Below are positions 27,101 to 42,100 of a stretch of 64,000 bases of DNA, piece after piece. Each line of letters begins with the position of its first letter. Position 1 is the first letter of the stretch. The stretch lies in assembly GCA_965655095.1 (NCBI GenBank), contig OZ296649.1, forward strand, positions 113,460,001 through 113,524,000, read 5' to 3'. A model generated the notes under the pieces. It had not been told where the DNA came from, made no database searches, and saw only the letters and a program-made list of their open reading frames with translations. Made by a program: the position numbers and the translations under genes. The stretch is from Haplodiscus bocki (lineage: Eukaryota).

Positions 27101-30100
27101 ATCCTTTTTCACAATCATTATAATCAAAATATACGGTAATGAAAATTCGCATTATAGTTACCACAAAAAATTCGTACATCAACTTCAGTTGTCTGCTCTA
27201 GTTTATCATCAGTTCTGGCCCATTCAAAAGATAATTTTGATAGGTAATGTACAGAAAACAAACAATACATTCGGCCATGTTTCGAAGATCAACTTCTTAC
27301 AGCCAGGTTAATTAGTTTGAAAGAAGTTTGCTAGAGACGCAAAAGTCTCCTGTAGAAACAATCGTAGAAAAAGAGACCTCAGAGACAGTTCAATGAATAA
27401 ACTCGATAGCTTCGAAACTTCCTACCGACACAAAGCAGAAGCCAATGTTGACCCTTCTCGTTGATTGGTGATGAGTTTATGATTTGAAAGCAGACCAATT
27501 GACACCAGTCGACACCAATGCCTTTATCTGAATGTTTTTTGTCCATTTTCGAAAAAAAAATCCCCCCATACTCCTCTTCTAGTCAGCGTTGGACTTTGCT
27601 TTGCCGAGTTCGCTAAGTTTAGGTCATCCATCAATCTTTGCATTTTTACTATTATTTCGCGAACAATAAAAAACACTTGGCTGTATCGTTCCCGAATCAG
27701 AAAAGCTCAAGTGCATCGTTTTAGAGTTTTTGAAAAGTGAAGTTTAATTTAGAGGCTGGAACCAATGAGCCGACGAAAAATGGTTGGTTGTCTAGTTTTC
27801 CAATGCATTGCAATTTCTATTTTTTGTCGAACCAAGCGACGAAATGGTATTATAGTAAAGTCTAGCAGTAATTAGAGTTACCGACGGAGCGCCGGCCAAT
27901 GAGATTCTGTTGCCTTTTTGAACTTCAACCCTCTCAAATTCGAATTTTTTGTCCGAAAATGGACTGCAGTATAAGGGTGTGTTTCTGAAAAAGGCATTTT
28001 TTACCATCCAATGTTGGGCGGCGCATTGGCTCCATGCCAAAAATGTTTTCCCTGATGAAACAGTTCTGCCTGCTCGACTAAAGAAACTCTCGTTTGGGTT
28101 CTCACTAAAGAGATATGGCTAGACTTTTGAGCAGAACCTTTTCAAAAAACGGTTGATACCATCACTGACAACTTTTGAGTGACACCTATTCTATCGAAGA
28201 TATTAATTTCCTATCGATCTCCTAGGCCGTCATCCGTGCCTCTCAGACAAATCGCAATGCCATTGGGAGACGCGAGACCCTTAAATGTAACTCTGCTCCA
28301 GGCAGCCAAAGAAGTCAACGTGTGAAGCTTCATACAGTAAGTACGTTCTTGCATTCCTTTGCTTTGGTGAAGGTCTCGGTCAGTTTTTTAAACATTTCAT
28401 GTTCCGTTTTTTTGCGGTATTGGTAGCCTTGGCATTCAATCCACGTGTCTTTGCTGTCTGTGCTCGATGTGAACACTGTTCCAAGAGAAGCAGACTGCAA
28501 GTGGCAACTGTTGCTTTGTGAAGTCAGAACAAAATGTGAAGAGTGTTCTCACGAAACACTACTTGGTACTACCAAAAAGAGAATTTTGTTTTTCTGTCCA
28601 AAAAGTAGATTCCAGCTTCCACACTGAGCAAGATTCGATTGAAGTCTCAAATTTTTGTTTTCAGCTGTATGAAAAAGTCTAATTGCGGCCACCTGGAGAC
28701 CCCATGGCGGAAAACCTCTTTGAAATACGCTACCTCGTAACTGATTAGAACACTCGGGTTCCCCAAAAACTTCAAAAATTGCGTCACTCGATGGACAAAT
28801 TTCCTCGAACTGCCTGCAAAAGTGATGCTGGTCCAGTTCGAGCGTTTAACTGTGAAAAGGGAGTGCAGACAAGACATCGGCCCGACCTCTCCTTAAGGCA
28901 GATTTTTTAAAATGATTATCTTTGATGATGAAATCAGTTGGCGTCACTACCCAGCCAACACGGCTGGTCACTGCACGCCACGAGGAGGGCTGTTGGATTT
29001 ACTTTCTGTTGCAGAGCTTTCTTTGCAGTTTTGATGGCTGCCCCGTTCGCAACAGCCGCCAAAGTTCTTCACTTGGTCGCTTACGTGTCTCTAAAACGCT
29101 ATTTCAGGAAAAGTAGCTATGAAAACCTGTATCCTTACTTCTCTGATTGCCAATTCGACGTATTTATTGACCAATGGAATTATGACACTGCCCAATCTCA
29201 CAGCAAAAGCGCCCGGGCCTCCGGCAACTTGGAGAGCTGGTCCTCCAAATGTGCCTGCTGGACTTATCTGACTGTCAATGAACATTCACCGTCCTTGAAA
29301 TGGACGGGTAATTCAAATAAAAAATCGATACCGACTGCTTTGCTTGAAGAAAAGCTATCAAAGTGTTTCTACTACGTTCACATTGCGGGTTCAAACTGTA
29401 CAGCTGTTCCTCTCCTGACTGAGAAAGGCATCAATTGAACTATTTCATTGCAAAACTACTGATGGACTGAAAACGGAACTCTACCACTGTCATCCATTAA
29501 AATTAGTGAAACTGTAAGGGCTTGAAACGCTTTGAAGACGGTCATTCACCCAAAGGAGCTGCAAAAATACAGCTTAGAAGTGCAGTTTTGTCTCTCAACA
29601 ATTCATTTTGTACGTGGTCATAGTAAAAAAAAACATGGTATGACATCTTGCGTTCAATTCCAGAGAGTAGCTTCCTTGACTCTTGTCGACGACGATGCTT
29701 TCGTTATCATCCGCCTCGTCTTTGTCTGACTGATCAATGTCCTGGACTGACGAATCGAACCAACTTTCTGCAATCAATAAGACAGTCCGTTTTTGATGTC
29801 GCCTGAAACTGGTGTAACCAAAACAGCTTTTTGAGGGAACCAAGAAGCTTCGTACCGAGCTGCTGAAAGACTCAATAAGTCTTCCACGAGAACAACTCGA
29901 AACCTTCATCAAATAAACTTTCGGATAATGCTGTCATAATTACATGCGAAATAAATAACAATCAGGCTTTAATCGTAACCCCTTTGCTGGCAACTCATGA
30001 TTCGAAAGTTTTGAACTCGTTTCACTCAACATCATTGGCGTTTCTCAACTAATTAATCCCTGCCTCAGAAGTAAGAAACGCGTCCTGATAGCATGCATAA

Positions 30101-33100
30101 CTGAATAAGTGCCATTCTTTGGTTCTGCATAAGTATCTTTTGCACGATTTACTGTGAATTCGCCAGCCGGTATGTTTTTTGCCAACGCAGGTCAGGAAAC
30201 AGCAACGAGTGCTGCACACCATTCTCCATTGAAGCTGATGAGATTTAGTTAGAGCCTTCTAAAGCTAGCTGAAGTGTTTCCGTGGAACATGTGTATTGAT
30301 GCGTTGGAGATCAGGTTCCTACGAAATTTTAATCTGTGTTCAACGAACGTTTCGTTGTTGCTGTATGTCCTTTGGCTTCAGTGTCAAACGTTGCCAGCTC
30401 CGAATAAAAAAACTTGCCCATGATAATTTGGTTTTCGAAAGTCCTTCACAGTGTAAGTTAATGGGTTTGTTGCTTCACTGACTAATTCGAAGAACTCGTG
30501 AGTTTCATTCGGTAACCTCGATGAAACGCTTGCAATCTTCGTCTGATGCGATAGGAGTCAACCCGATTGAAAATTTGTCTCTGGATAGAGTTTGTGTGAC
30601 ACAGTGAAACAAGGTTTTGGAGCCAGTTCTGTCATTTGATTGATTCGCGTGTTGATGACAAAAACAGAATCAGCCAGTTTGTCAAAATAAATACTGCAGT
30701 CGCTTTAGAATATGAATTTGAAAATGAGATCTTTTAACTATTTTAGATTCCATTCAGCGAAAACTGAGTTATTCTCATTACAGGTCGAAGTCACGATGTT
30801 CTAATCTTCGCGGTAATTTTTGAAATCGCCAGCAAACGTTTGGCTCGATCCATCCAAACTTTTCCAGCTGCCATGCTTTGACGCCAAAGATGATTGACTT
30901 TCGTTAGTCCACGTTTCTCAAAATTATATTCTGCAGAGCATCCCTGCAAGCTCTCGGGGTTTTGGTTTTCATCGATTGCACCCAGAGACAACTCAAAACT
31001 TTAACAGCCACAAACAAAAACCTATAGCCGCAGTTTTGACTGGCAATGTGCTGAATATCTTCCAGACCGACCGACCAAATTCTCTCAATTGATAGCCGAC
31101 AACTTTCAGTCGACGAAAACTTCGTGGGCTTTGCTTGAATTTGGTGTAAGCTTCACTCTTGCTCAAATATCTCTCGATTTGAGCCGGAGTGTTCTTTGAG
31201 GCTTTTATCAAATTGACTTTTGCCGAATGCAGCAGCGATTTCTTTTCCGTTAATGTATCGATCATGAATTTTGTTTAATACAATTGCGAACCCAGGATTT
31301 TTTTTCAGTACTTGGTTTTGCAAAAAGTTGCAAAAAAAATCAGGAAGTTGCTCTGGCCTGTCCAAGCTACTGCAGATCAGAAAACTTATCCTCACACATT
31401 ACACAACACGGGTGGTCAACAAGCTGTGCCTTTCCCAAGTTTCTTCTAGAAGAAGCCGCAAGGGGAAACCTTTTTCTTTGACTCCATTTTTCACTATAGA
31501 TTCAGCAGTTGTCTGATGCACAAGATTGGATTTAGTTTTGGTTCTGTTCAACAAATATTCTGTTCACTCTCTGATTCTTTTGCCGAGCTCGGCTGAGACT
31601 TTGATTTTCCAAACTGTTTTGCATGTGTGGTTGCAACAAAGTAATATGGCACACAACGTCTCGAAAAGTTTTATACACGGGCAGTTGCGTGGCTGTGGTT
31701 GTCTGCAGCAAAGAAAAGAAATTTGTTGCTTTCATCGCAGTGTCCTGTTGGTCAATTTGAATCGCTGGGATGTCTTGACTCCGAGTCACTCTTTGAATTC
31801 GAGCAGTTTTTCGAGAAAAATCACGCGATCTTTCAATTTGGCCTCCGGTTATTCCTGATTGGAAGAACCCAGACAGAAACCCAGACTGGCCTGAGTTCGA
31901 CAACTTTTGGCTTTAAACGCTGTCTCGGTTGGTTCCGAGATCTTGACAAGGACTCATATGTGTAAATTAAGCTGCCTTGCATCAAGTTTGCTACTGCCGA
32001 GTTCCACGGAGTTTGTATTGTCCAAAGTGTTTTAGGCGGATGAAGGTGATAGCGTCACGACACCGCCCGGCTCCATTTTTATTCATTTTCAGGCACGGAG
32101 CACTCATCCTGGAATACTCATTGGTGATGACGATTAGTTCTTTGAGACAAATGACTGATTCCTCGACACTTGTTCAAAAGACACAGAACTGATGGTAGGA
32201 GCAATTTCAAAAGATTTAGCACTGGCCGAGAGGGCATATCATGCCGTTTTCTACCGAAGCCTACTTTTATGGAAATATTTTTCCGAGTGTTTTTGCCTGC
32301 TCAGCAATTCCCTTTTTTGTCTTGAGAACTTCCCCTCTAAAAATGTTAGAAATGCATCTACTGAACACTTCCAATAATTCTTGTGAGCGTTGAAAAATGA
32401 AAAACCTTTCAAAGAGCACTGAAAATATGAAACGAATCAATTGTAGAACAGTAATAAAAACTCATCATCAATCGGAATCTGTAACTGGGAGCTTGAATGC
32501 AGAACACTCGCTTCATCGCCAGAACAAACTCTACAATAATCTTAGACCAGTTAGGAAACCGAATGTCTAGATCAATCATCAAATGACCGAATGAGCGAAA
32601 TCTTGACTTTTTGTATGTTTCATTTATTATTTCTCTCGCCCCATTGTCGTCGACCCAGCATTCCATTCTATCCAACGTCTCTAGGATTGTTGAAGATAAT
32701 GAACTGCGTGAAATTCAGCTGAAGAATTTTCGAGCGCTTCGTTTGTTGATATCGGTTATGCTTCAGAACTAACAAACGTGAGTTTCGCGGTCTCGAAATA
32801 ACAAAGTTCGAAAACTATTTGCTCCGGCATAAGTCCTAGATTACAATGAACGTTATTTACTTGATGTCTTCAGCTTTAGGAATACTGTCCCAATCGATAC
32901 CACGAACTGGTTCCGATTCGATAAAGAACAAGCGCAATCCATTAGCATTGAATTGTTGTGATCTTGATAGTGATAGTAGAACTAGAGAGACTTGTCGAAG
33001 TCTGGGCGGAATGGTTTCTCCTGGTTGCATTTCGTTTTGCTGGTCAATTTGGTCCTGTCCGAAACAGACGGGCCAACTATAAGAATGAAACTTTGGATCT

Positions 33101-36100
33101 GTATTCAATCTTTTCACTTATTGGGACCTGGCCGCGCGTTCCTAAGGTACGCTGAAAGTGCCAGGTTCGCCTTTGCGTAACTGACGATTGAAAACGTAAT
33201 GCTGTAGTTTTTAAGACAATAATAGTAAGGTAATGAAGTACGATGATGGAAATTGATCTATCAACTACGAACTCCAGCTTGGAAGGAGGCCTTTATTTGT
33301 TGTTGTTGTCGAAAATGATTTTGTCCAATTACTTTCGGATATATTCGAGAACAATCATTCATCAAAGTTTCTAAATGTGTTATGACTGTAGAGGCGCTCG
33401 TAGTTACCTCATCTCTGTTCATTACGAGTCTCGAATGTCTGGTGGTAATTCAAAGACCCGCAGACAAGTGGAAAAAAATGACTCAGTTTTTAGCTTCTTA
33501 AAAAAAAGAACTAAATACTCTCGATTAAGCTCGGCGCAAAACATCTGACCCTGGCTAAAAAACTTTCTCATTTACTTCCGAAGGAAAGTCTTCGGTATCC
33601 AATTTTGATCATATTGAAAGTTGAATCGCACAAAAAAACTGAAAACGAAGATCTTGGCTTTCTTGAGCTACCAACGTTCAGCTTTCTTCCAGTAACATTG
33701 ATTAGAAAGACAGTACGTTAAACTTTTGGATTGAAAAAATTCGTTGCTATCCAATAACCTATACACGAAACATGGCCAGAACGAATGTTGTTTTTGAAGG
33801 CTTTGTTTTCCGACAGCGCATATACATAACCAGGTCCGACATTGTTCACTCGTCTGATATAGCCGTATGAGTCATGAGACTTCACGTGAACGAAAGATTT
33901 TGAAATGGCGACGACATTGGTCCAGCTTATTGATACTGGCTCGAATCAACTCACCAAAAAGCGCGTCTTCTTTAGTTTTTGCCATGTTCGGTCGAGATAT
34001 CGCCATACCAGCAAAAAAGAATTTTCGACTCTTTTTCGGGAGGACATAGTTGACGAAGGCGAAATTGTGGCAAATACATTTGACCTGAAACATCTAACTC
34101 AACTACAGAAATTTCATGGATAAGATCAATTGCTTTCCAGAGAATAAAATTTGAAATGAAATGAAAGGAATACTTCTGACCGAAAACATCTAACTCAACT
34201 ACGGCAATTTCATGGAAAACATCAATTACTTTCCAGAGAATAAAATTTGAAAAACTGAAATGAAAAGAATAGTTTCCACAACGAAGAAATAAAATAAATG
34301 TGTTAGAAATTTACTATTCGCAGTGCTTGCATTCTGTTCTTAGTTCACACACTCAAAGAGCATGCCCTTTACATCGGAAATTCCGAGATCGATGTTTAGC
34401 ATTCGACTGTGCTCACTGGCGCAAATTCACCCACAGCCTCTTCAGAAATGAATCCTTGAAGGATGCGTCTGACATCTCCAAATGCAGAAGTTTACTGAAG
34501 ATTTGGAAACATTTCTCTCCATCACCTCCAAAAAGAGTTCTGTCTCTCAACGTTCCAAACAGTTTCAAAACTGCAACCCAAATCATTTGTCTTCTTCTGA
34601 AGCAGACTTTTTGAGTTCTTTCTCCGTTTACGTCAAATAAACCTGTGGCCGATAATGATGCTCCAGCTTTCACAGGTATCCAGAATACGATCCAGTAGGT
34701 AACGTCGCAGATGCTCTATGCCACGTTGAAACCGAAACGGCTCAGGCAGACTTCAGTTTCTCTTCCTCAATGGACATTTGCGGTAAGTCTAACAGCACGT
34801 GGTAAGAGTCCGACTGAAAGATTTTGCGATATGATTGCAGTTGACCCCAGCTTCATCCGTCATCTTCGTTTAACGGGATCGTATATTGCATTGGTCTAGT
34901 CGATTGGAATTTTTTGCGGAAGAGGTCATAGACCTGATGCCGGAGGGTTAAATGAATCATATTCAAGGTCGGCGAATTATGACGCATCAAATAGAGTTGA
35001 GCTTGGTTTTAGCAGCAAGAGACAGTAAAAAGAGACTACAACTCAGAAGACTGAAATCAATGCAGTAGGTTGAAAGTTTTCGCGTTGAGTAAGTGCTCTT
35101 GCGAAGAAAATCAACAGGTTATTGTGCGGTAAATAGTCGAAAGTTTCCAAAAGAAATTCTGCTGAATTTTTGTTTCCAGATAAGATTTTGAAGGAATTTT
35201 TGAGAAAACTAAATCTTCAAATCATTACTCGGAGATTTTCACTCAGACTTCAAATTCTATATAAGCATTTTCGAAACTATTCTTACAAGTCAATCGCGTT
35301 CAGATCACGACCAGAACTAAGCATTAAAATTACCTAAAAAGAAAATGACCTCAGAAAAAAAGCCCAAGCAAAGACCAGTTCCGATCCAGTTTTGTTTCAG
35401 GCACGCAACTTCTTGTACTGCTGTTGAATTTGAATTCATCACAGCTTCTGCTGATGACAAAGCTACATTATTTTGTAGTTTACTCACCTCACTACACACA
35501 CTGACCCTTAGTCAGTTTGAGACAGAATCCAAACATCGATTCCTACTGCTCTGTCAATATCGACTTTTCCCAAGCCGCGCCCAAAAACTATGTCGCTGTT
35601 ACTCTTCCGGAAAGTCAGCCTCGAACTTCTAGCTCCATCAAATAACTCAGTACTTTAAGAAGAGCATCGCAATGTATTCCATTGTTGACCGGGAAAGAAT
35701 TCAACATATTAACCATACGAAAACCATCCCATACTTTCCGTCCAACATCCTCACAAACAAGGGTCATGCACGCAGTAATTCAAACAAATTTCCAAAATGA
35801 TAGGTCTTCAATGTTTTACACCAATTACGACCCGACTACTTCAATCCGTACAATCTCTTTAGAAGACGATACATTACCAACCACTGTTCTGACTCGTTGA
35901 CTCCGTAGAGCCCACCTGGTTGTTTCATGTAAACTTCTATCGGTGTCTGAAGATAGCAGGTCAGAAAAAACGCCTCCATTGCGTAACCTCCTCGTTGCAA
36001 CTATGATGTACAGAATATTTCCAGTTGTTTAGAGAAGCACTGACAGGGCATCAAATCAAAATAAGAATTAGAGGACGTCTCTGAATTTTACCTACGAGAG

Positions 36101-39100
36101 GGAAACTAAATGGAACCTTTTTGAGACTTCATCACAAATTATTCACGCTCAGATCACAAAAAGAAAAAAGATGCGAGTGAACGTAGAAATAAAGATTGAA
36201 CTACATGCTAAGACTCCAGCCTATTTTGATGTCTCCGCGGAGGAGCTTTCAAAAAACGAACTTGCAATTCTAGCAAAGATTGTGTATATTTCTTGCTTCG
36301 CGGTTACTTGGTAACCTTATTTTTCGAAAAACTTAGCTAGGTACACACTCAGCTCACAACACTCACTAAGCCTATTCAATATTTTCCGTCCAATTCCGTT
36401 TTTCCTACCTCCGAAACACGTTTCCCACGTTGGAATATTTTTTTAAAAAATCCGATGCAACACCTTGGTAAAAACAACACTCTTGCCCGTATACTGCCCT
36501 GAATTACATATAAGAAGCCACTATAGGCTTCAAATTTGACAACCACTGCCAATTTTAAGCCTAACGGGTCAAAACCCTGTACTCAAGATGGAAGATTCTC
36601 AATGTTTTGAAAATGGTTTTCAGTCTTCCTACCCAAGGGGAAAGCCTTTAAAAAATCAAGAACGGTAACAATTCAAGTACTTTGTAAAATCAAAATTTCC
36701 CGAAGTCCCACAAAATAACATAGACATGAAGCTGAACTTCGCAATACACTCTGACTTCTAAGTTGAAATCAAAGGTAAAGTTGACAGATGAGGTACTGAG
36801 AAACATTTGAACCTTGATCGGATACATGATTGACACTTTCAAAAATACTACACCATTTGTATATCAAAAGTTTGCTCCAAAAAGACCCGTTGGGACCAGT
36901 AGTTGTCACGGTGTCTAATAGTCAAAAATTTGAATTGTCAATCACGTCTTTCAAGAATCGCCACTTCGTAATTCAATGTTGAAAAGATTTACAAAGTCAA
37001 CAACGCAAAATGAACAATAGTAGGTGTCCCAAAAATTAGTTACCTGTAAAAAAATTTAACGATCTTGAAATGGCTAGTATTAGTCAACAAATCAAAACCG
37101 CTGGGAAAATTTATCAATTCACTTGTCAATCATGAAGGCTAGTGATTCTTAGTTGAAACATTAAAAAGAAAGTTGCATAATTTTCGTCAAATAAGCGTGA
37201 ACAAAATTCCTAATCTGAACCTAAAGTGGTCAATTTCACCATTCGAGATTCAGTGGTGTCCATTTTGATGATTGACAGGCGGTATGTGCCGACTTCAGAA
37301 AAACTTCGATGTCGTGTCTACCAATATTAACTATTTTGAAACCTTGAATTTTTTAACGTGATGCCCACACTCATATTCAACACACTATTACGTGAACAAT
37401 TCCCTTTTAGAAAGCTGTTGATCCTTTTTCAGACCAGTTTTCAAACATTTTGCACTTTTCAGAACGCAAAAATAAACAATTACCTGCCTATATGTTCCAA
37501 AAAGAACCCTTTTTAAACGTTTAAACTGGAAGACTAGACTCTACGATGACGTGACAAGACGCAATTTTTGGACAGGATAAAAAACTATGCATATTTCTGT
37601 TTTCCAATACACATTCTTCCTTTCAGTCAATGTGTAAAAAAACGTAAAACAGATTATGACAAAATTCCCGCCCGGTCAAAAAATGCAGAAAACTTCGAAC
37701 TAAAGAATGGTCTACTGGTCAATTGAACGTTTTGACTAGCTCGAATTAGTTAGACCTTTTGAGAATCAACAAATTTCAAATTTTAGACGCAATGAGGGGT
37801 CACCGTTTTCAAAAAGCGGCGAAAAATAGATGCGTATTAATGTGACAAAATTGAGAAAACTTCAATCCTAGTGCTTGAATATTCAATTGCAAGCTCCGAC
37901 TACCAAAAGTACTTGAAACCTAAGAGTGCAACAGAGACGCTCGCTCAAAGTAGGGAGAAGCTGTAGAAAGTGAATACAAAAAATAAGGCCATAAGTAAAT
38001 ACATAAAAATAGAAGTAGATAAAAAGCAGTGACCACTCCATTTCACTTTAGCGACCAGCCTCGCCCAATCACGACCGCGTTTGCAAAAAAGCAAAATCTA
38101 CACGCATCAACAAGTTTCACTTAATGCTTAGAAAGATACATGTTCATGTATTAGAATTTGTCATCAACGATACAAGTTTTCAGCACTGTACTCTACACGG
38201 TGTCGAGACATTTTATCGTCAACAATTTGGTCCCACTGTTATTTCAACACATTACAATTTCATCCCCTCACAATTTCAAGCCAATGAAAATTCAACCCAT
38301 TAATTTCAGCACTCTGCCATTCATCTCTTTTCATTGATTAGAGCAAAGTTTTAATTTCCATTCAAGGTAACGCTAGTTAACTATGACACAGAGGCGAAGC
38401 CAACTTCTGTAAACATTCTAGTTTGTCAGTTGAGATTAAAGATCTCGAAATACATTTAAACCCATAACCGGAGAATGTGTAAAAACCGAGTAACCCTATA
38501 AGTACCTCCGAAAAATAAAATTTTCCGAAGTCCTAAAAATGAACTTCTCGGAAAAAAAATAAGGATGGAATTCAAAAAAGTCAAGATAATTTGCCTGATG
38601 TTATTTTTCAAACTGACATGTTGATTTCGTAGAAGTGTTTGTTGCTCAAGAAGTAAGTGGTAAGGGCGTAAGTGTGACTGAGACATTGCAAAGCTGAGTT
38701 CATGAAACACGTATTTCCAATGTTATGAAGACCTGCTTGGCCAGCTCGCGACTCAACTTGGGCACTGTTGGCAGACACTGAAGAGGAGGTGTCGTCATTC
38801 TCAGAGCCATTTGAGTAGTTATTCTGCAGCAGCACTTCAGGCCATCCTTGCACATGACGCAATTCGACCAGAAGGGAATCCCCGCTTTGAATGCCGGCTT
38901 CGTATAACGTTGTGGATTCGTCCCGCAGCAGAATTAAGCAATCCTGGGGTAAAGAATATCAGTCAGCGCTTTTGGAAAATAAAATGGGCATGCTGTATTT
39001 AGGGGGAAAATTATTCTTCACACTTTCTTCAACGAATAGAACAGCGTTCAATTCGAAATCACTTGTATCATGCTAGCATTCAGCATTTTGATTAAATTTT

Positions 39101-42100
39101 CATGCAAAATCAAACTTATTTTTATGGAAAATTTTCCATTAATGTTGCTGTTTTTAGCAAACAATCTCTTGAAACTTTTACCAAGTCAATGTTACAGACC
39201 AGGTGACGAACTCACCTCCGTTCTGAAGTGCCAGAGTCTGATTTCGTCACTACGAATGTTCATTTTACACAAGAACAAGTTTCTGATTTTATCAATGGTT
39301 GAGGCTTGTGATAGTACAACAGTTTTGGATAGAACTCTTTTGAAAGAAGGCGTCGTTGCGTTGAAGAGGTTGCTTGATGACTGAGGTTGCGAGAAAACGT
39401 TGCTGACGTTCGGAATGGGCAAGGAGTTGAAAGTAGCAGACACTTGTTGACTAATGAGACTATGGATGCTGGGAGATTTGGGTGCATGCTGATATATGTT
39501 AAGAAGTAAGGGATGCGTTTCTATTTTGACACCTTTCGTCCGAGAAGGGTCTCTTATTGCATGCCTTTGGATAGCGGGTCCACTGCAGCCGTACCACGTG
39601 ATCAGACATTTCCAAACAGCAGCTGGTATGCATTCAATCTTGCCCTCGGATTCACTCCTCAGTATTTCTTCAGAAGTAAGTTGTGGAGCCTGAAGCACAA
39701 TCCAAAGACATAATTTTTGAAATATTGCAGAGATAATAACCGTCTGCTGCGTTAATTTCGTTCAATTATCATACTGCTGAAAAATCTGTCTTGAAACTTA
39801 GAAAGGTTCAGAACACTCCCAAAACTGTTCGTTGAAACACTTTTTCTTTGGCCAGTTATATATGCGGTCTCAGCGAGTGTATTGCATCGCTAATAGAAAA
39901 ACTTGTAATCAATAATAAAGCTTTTCTGACGAATGGTAATAACAAAGGGAAAATCTCAACGAAATGTCATTTTTGTCGAACTTGGGAAGATAATGTTCAG
40001 GGGAAGACGTATTGATCTCGCCATTAGAATGTCGCTTTCAACGAAAAACCAGAAATTCTTCAACTTTTGAACCATTTTCTTAGCTATTCTTGAAGTTTCA
40101 TTTATTGCATTGGAAAATGCAATGATGTTTTTCGGAGGACCCACCAAGTATCCGCTAGATATGGCATTTTGAATTTTGAGCCACTAATCTGCTTCGCTAA
40201 CGAAATTGCGTCGCTTTCACTGAGCGAGCCGCTCTCACTGTTAGCGAAGCAATGGTCTGGTAGCAGCCATATTTTGATGGGGGGACAAAATTATGTACCA
40301 ATCTGCCCAACTGTTCTAATTGGTTCCGCCAAAATTAGAAAGGTACAGTGCAAAGTGTACTTTGTTTCGTTTTTGTAATGGATAAATTAAAAACAATTGG
40401 ATAGTATTAGCAGGAACTCGGACTGGTTTATCAGTATGTATCCGAAAAACTGTATTTTTATCTCCAAAAACTTTGCATCTCAGTCAGACATTGCATCAGT
40501 CACATTCAAATTCAGCATCAGCCTCTCACAAACTTTCAGTTTCCTGTTTCTATAATTACTATTTATGGGCGCAATGTAATATCATGCAATTTCGTTTCCA
40601 GTCTTCTACTTAGCTCAGAATTATTTGATTCAAAAATATTTTACCTTTAATTTATCTTTGGTGAGCAGCTTTGTGGTATCAATTGCACCCAACACACTTT
40701 GTCGATTAGCATTACTTGGCAATGGATTGACTGTGTACATGTGCTCTTTCCTCCTCAAACTTGGAACAATCTGTTTAAAATAAACTGAAATTTATTGATC
40801 AATTTAACATTTTACAGTTTCGTTCAAGAATTGAATTAAAAACATTTTTTTAAAGAGCACTTTGGTAACAAAGAGGCTAGGGGCTCTAAACGATGAAAAA
40901 TTAGCATATGCAACAAAATTGAAACTCAGCCAATTTCACGAAAATTGACTATAATTTTGAAGAAGCAAAAAATAGCAAGCGAACATTTGACAAATTCAGA
41001 GAAAAATTCAATGACTCAGAAGTGAGCTGAATTACTTACAGCCAATAGAAGATGCATTGAATTACTCAAGTCGATACCTATCACACTGGAAAGTGAACGA
41101 AAGTACATAAAGATTTACTTTTGCAGAGGAAAAACATAGGAAATGGACGATATTCACATGTTGAAGGTCCAAAACAGTAAGTATAGACAAACAATTTTAC
41201 TGGCTCCGTATTTCATTTTCTTTATCCTTCATTCACTGGTGTTTTTTTCGTGTTGGAGATGAGTGAAGAAAAACTCGAGGCAATTAATTCTTACATACGA
41301 CCGAGAAAACTCTTTACTAGACAACTGATGGTTTGACAAAATTTTTAACTGATGTTAGATTTTGTGGAGCTATCGAAATTTAATTTTTTTACGCTAACAA
41401 GCAAATTTGGCCGAATGATTTTATCGAGAATAACACAAAAACTGTAAAATCGGAAACGGTTCAATCAATATAAACAAAAAAAAAGACTTTCGATTGAGCC
41501 CTAGATGAAAGGCATTGAAAGGGTGGTTTTTGAAAAAAAAGGAATAGCGCTTACCATTATTTGGGCAATCATTTCCAGAAAATCAAAGAATATCTCAAAA
41601 AAACTGACCCACTTCAATGAATCTACATATAATAGGCTTTCAATTAAGCCGTACATGAAAGAATTGAGTGGGTAGTTTGAGAAAAAACGCATTTTGGCGT
41701 TTTTGTAACTTTTAGACCATCATATCTTGACAATGAAAACAACAGGCGAAAATCGGCTCCGTTTATATGCTGCTACAAATGGCTGATTTTCAGGAAAACC
41801 TTGGTTCCAAACCAAAGAAATAGAGGTTTTGCGAACAGAGCAGAGGAATTTCGAAACATAATTTGACTTGTCAGTTGAGATCAAATACCCTGCAAGACAT
41901 TAGACACCATGATTGTAGATGTAACTGACACTTTTAGAAACACTAAACCAGCTGTCAATCAAACATTTGTTAGAAAAAGTCAAACTGAGACAAGTGCCTG
42001 TCCAAGTGTTTCGTACTGAAAAATTAATCTGTCAATCATGTGTTTTTCGTTTACGCTATTTCACAGTCAATTGATCGAAAATTTGCACATTTTACAACGC

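Larger units (their letters stand above)
23950..33150. mobile_element. Decayed Polinton/Maverick (endogenous DNA virus-like element); ends not defined
   Basis: pPolB on + converges with ATPase, integrase, minor capsid, GxG protein and major capsid on -. No terminal inverted repeats or target-site duplication identified. Confidence 0.85.
15328..38617 (-). other. 23,290-bp phase-2 intron within the USP catalytic domain
   Basis: Donor AAC AT|gtcagt at 38617 and acceptor gacag|G at 15328 join to read [16 protein letters not shown], collinear with USP32. Confidence 0.88.

Noticed and set aside
22480-35300. Terminal inverted repeats and 6-bp target-site duplication of the Polinton
   Set aside because: An ACTACT near 22550 has no convincing partner; no inverted termini found by eye.
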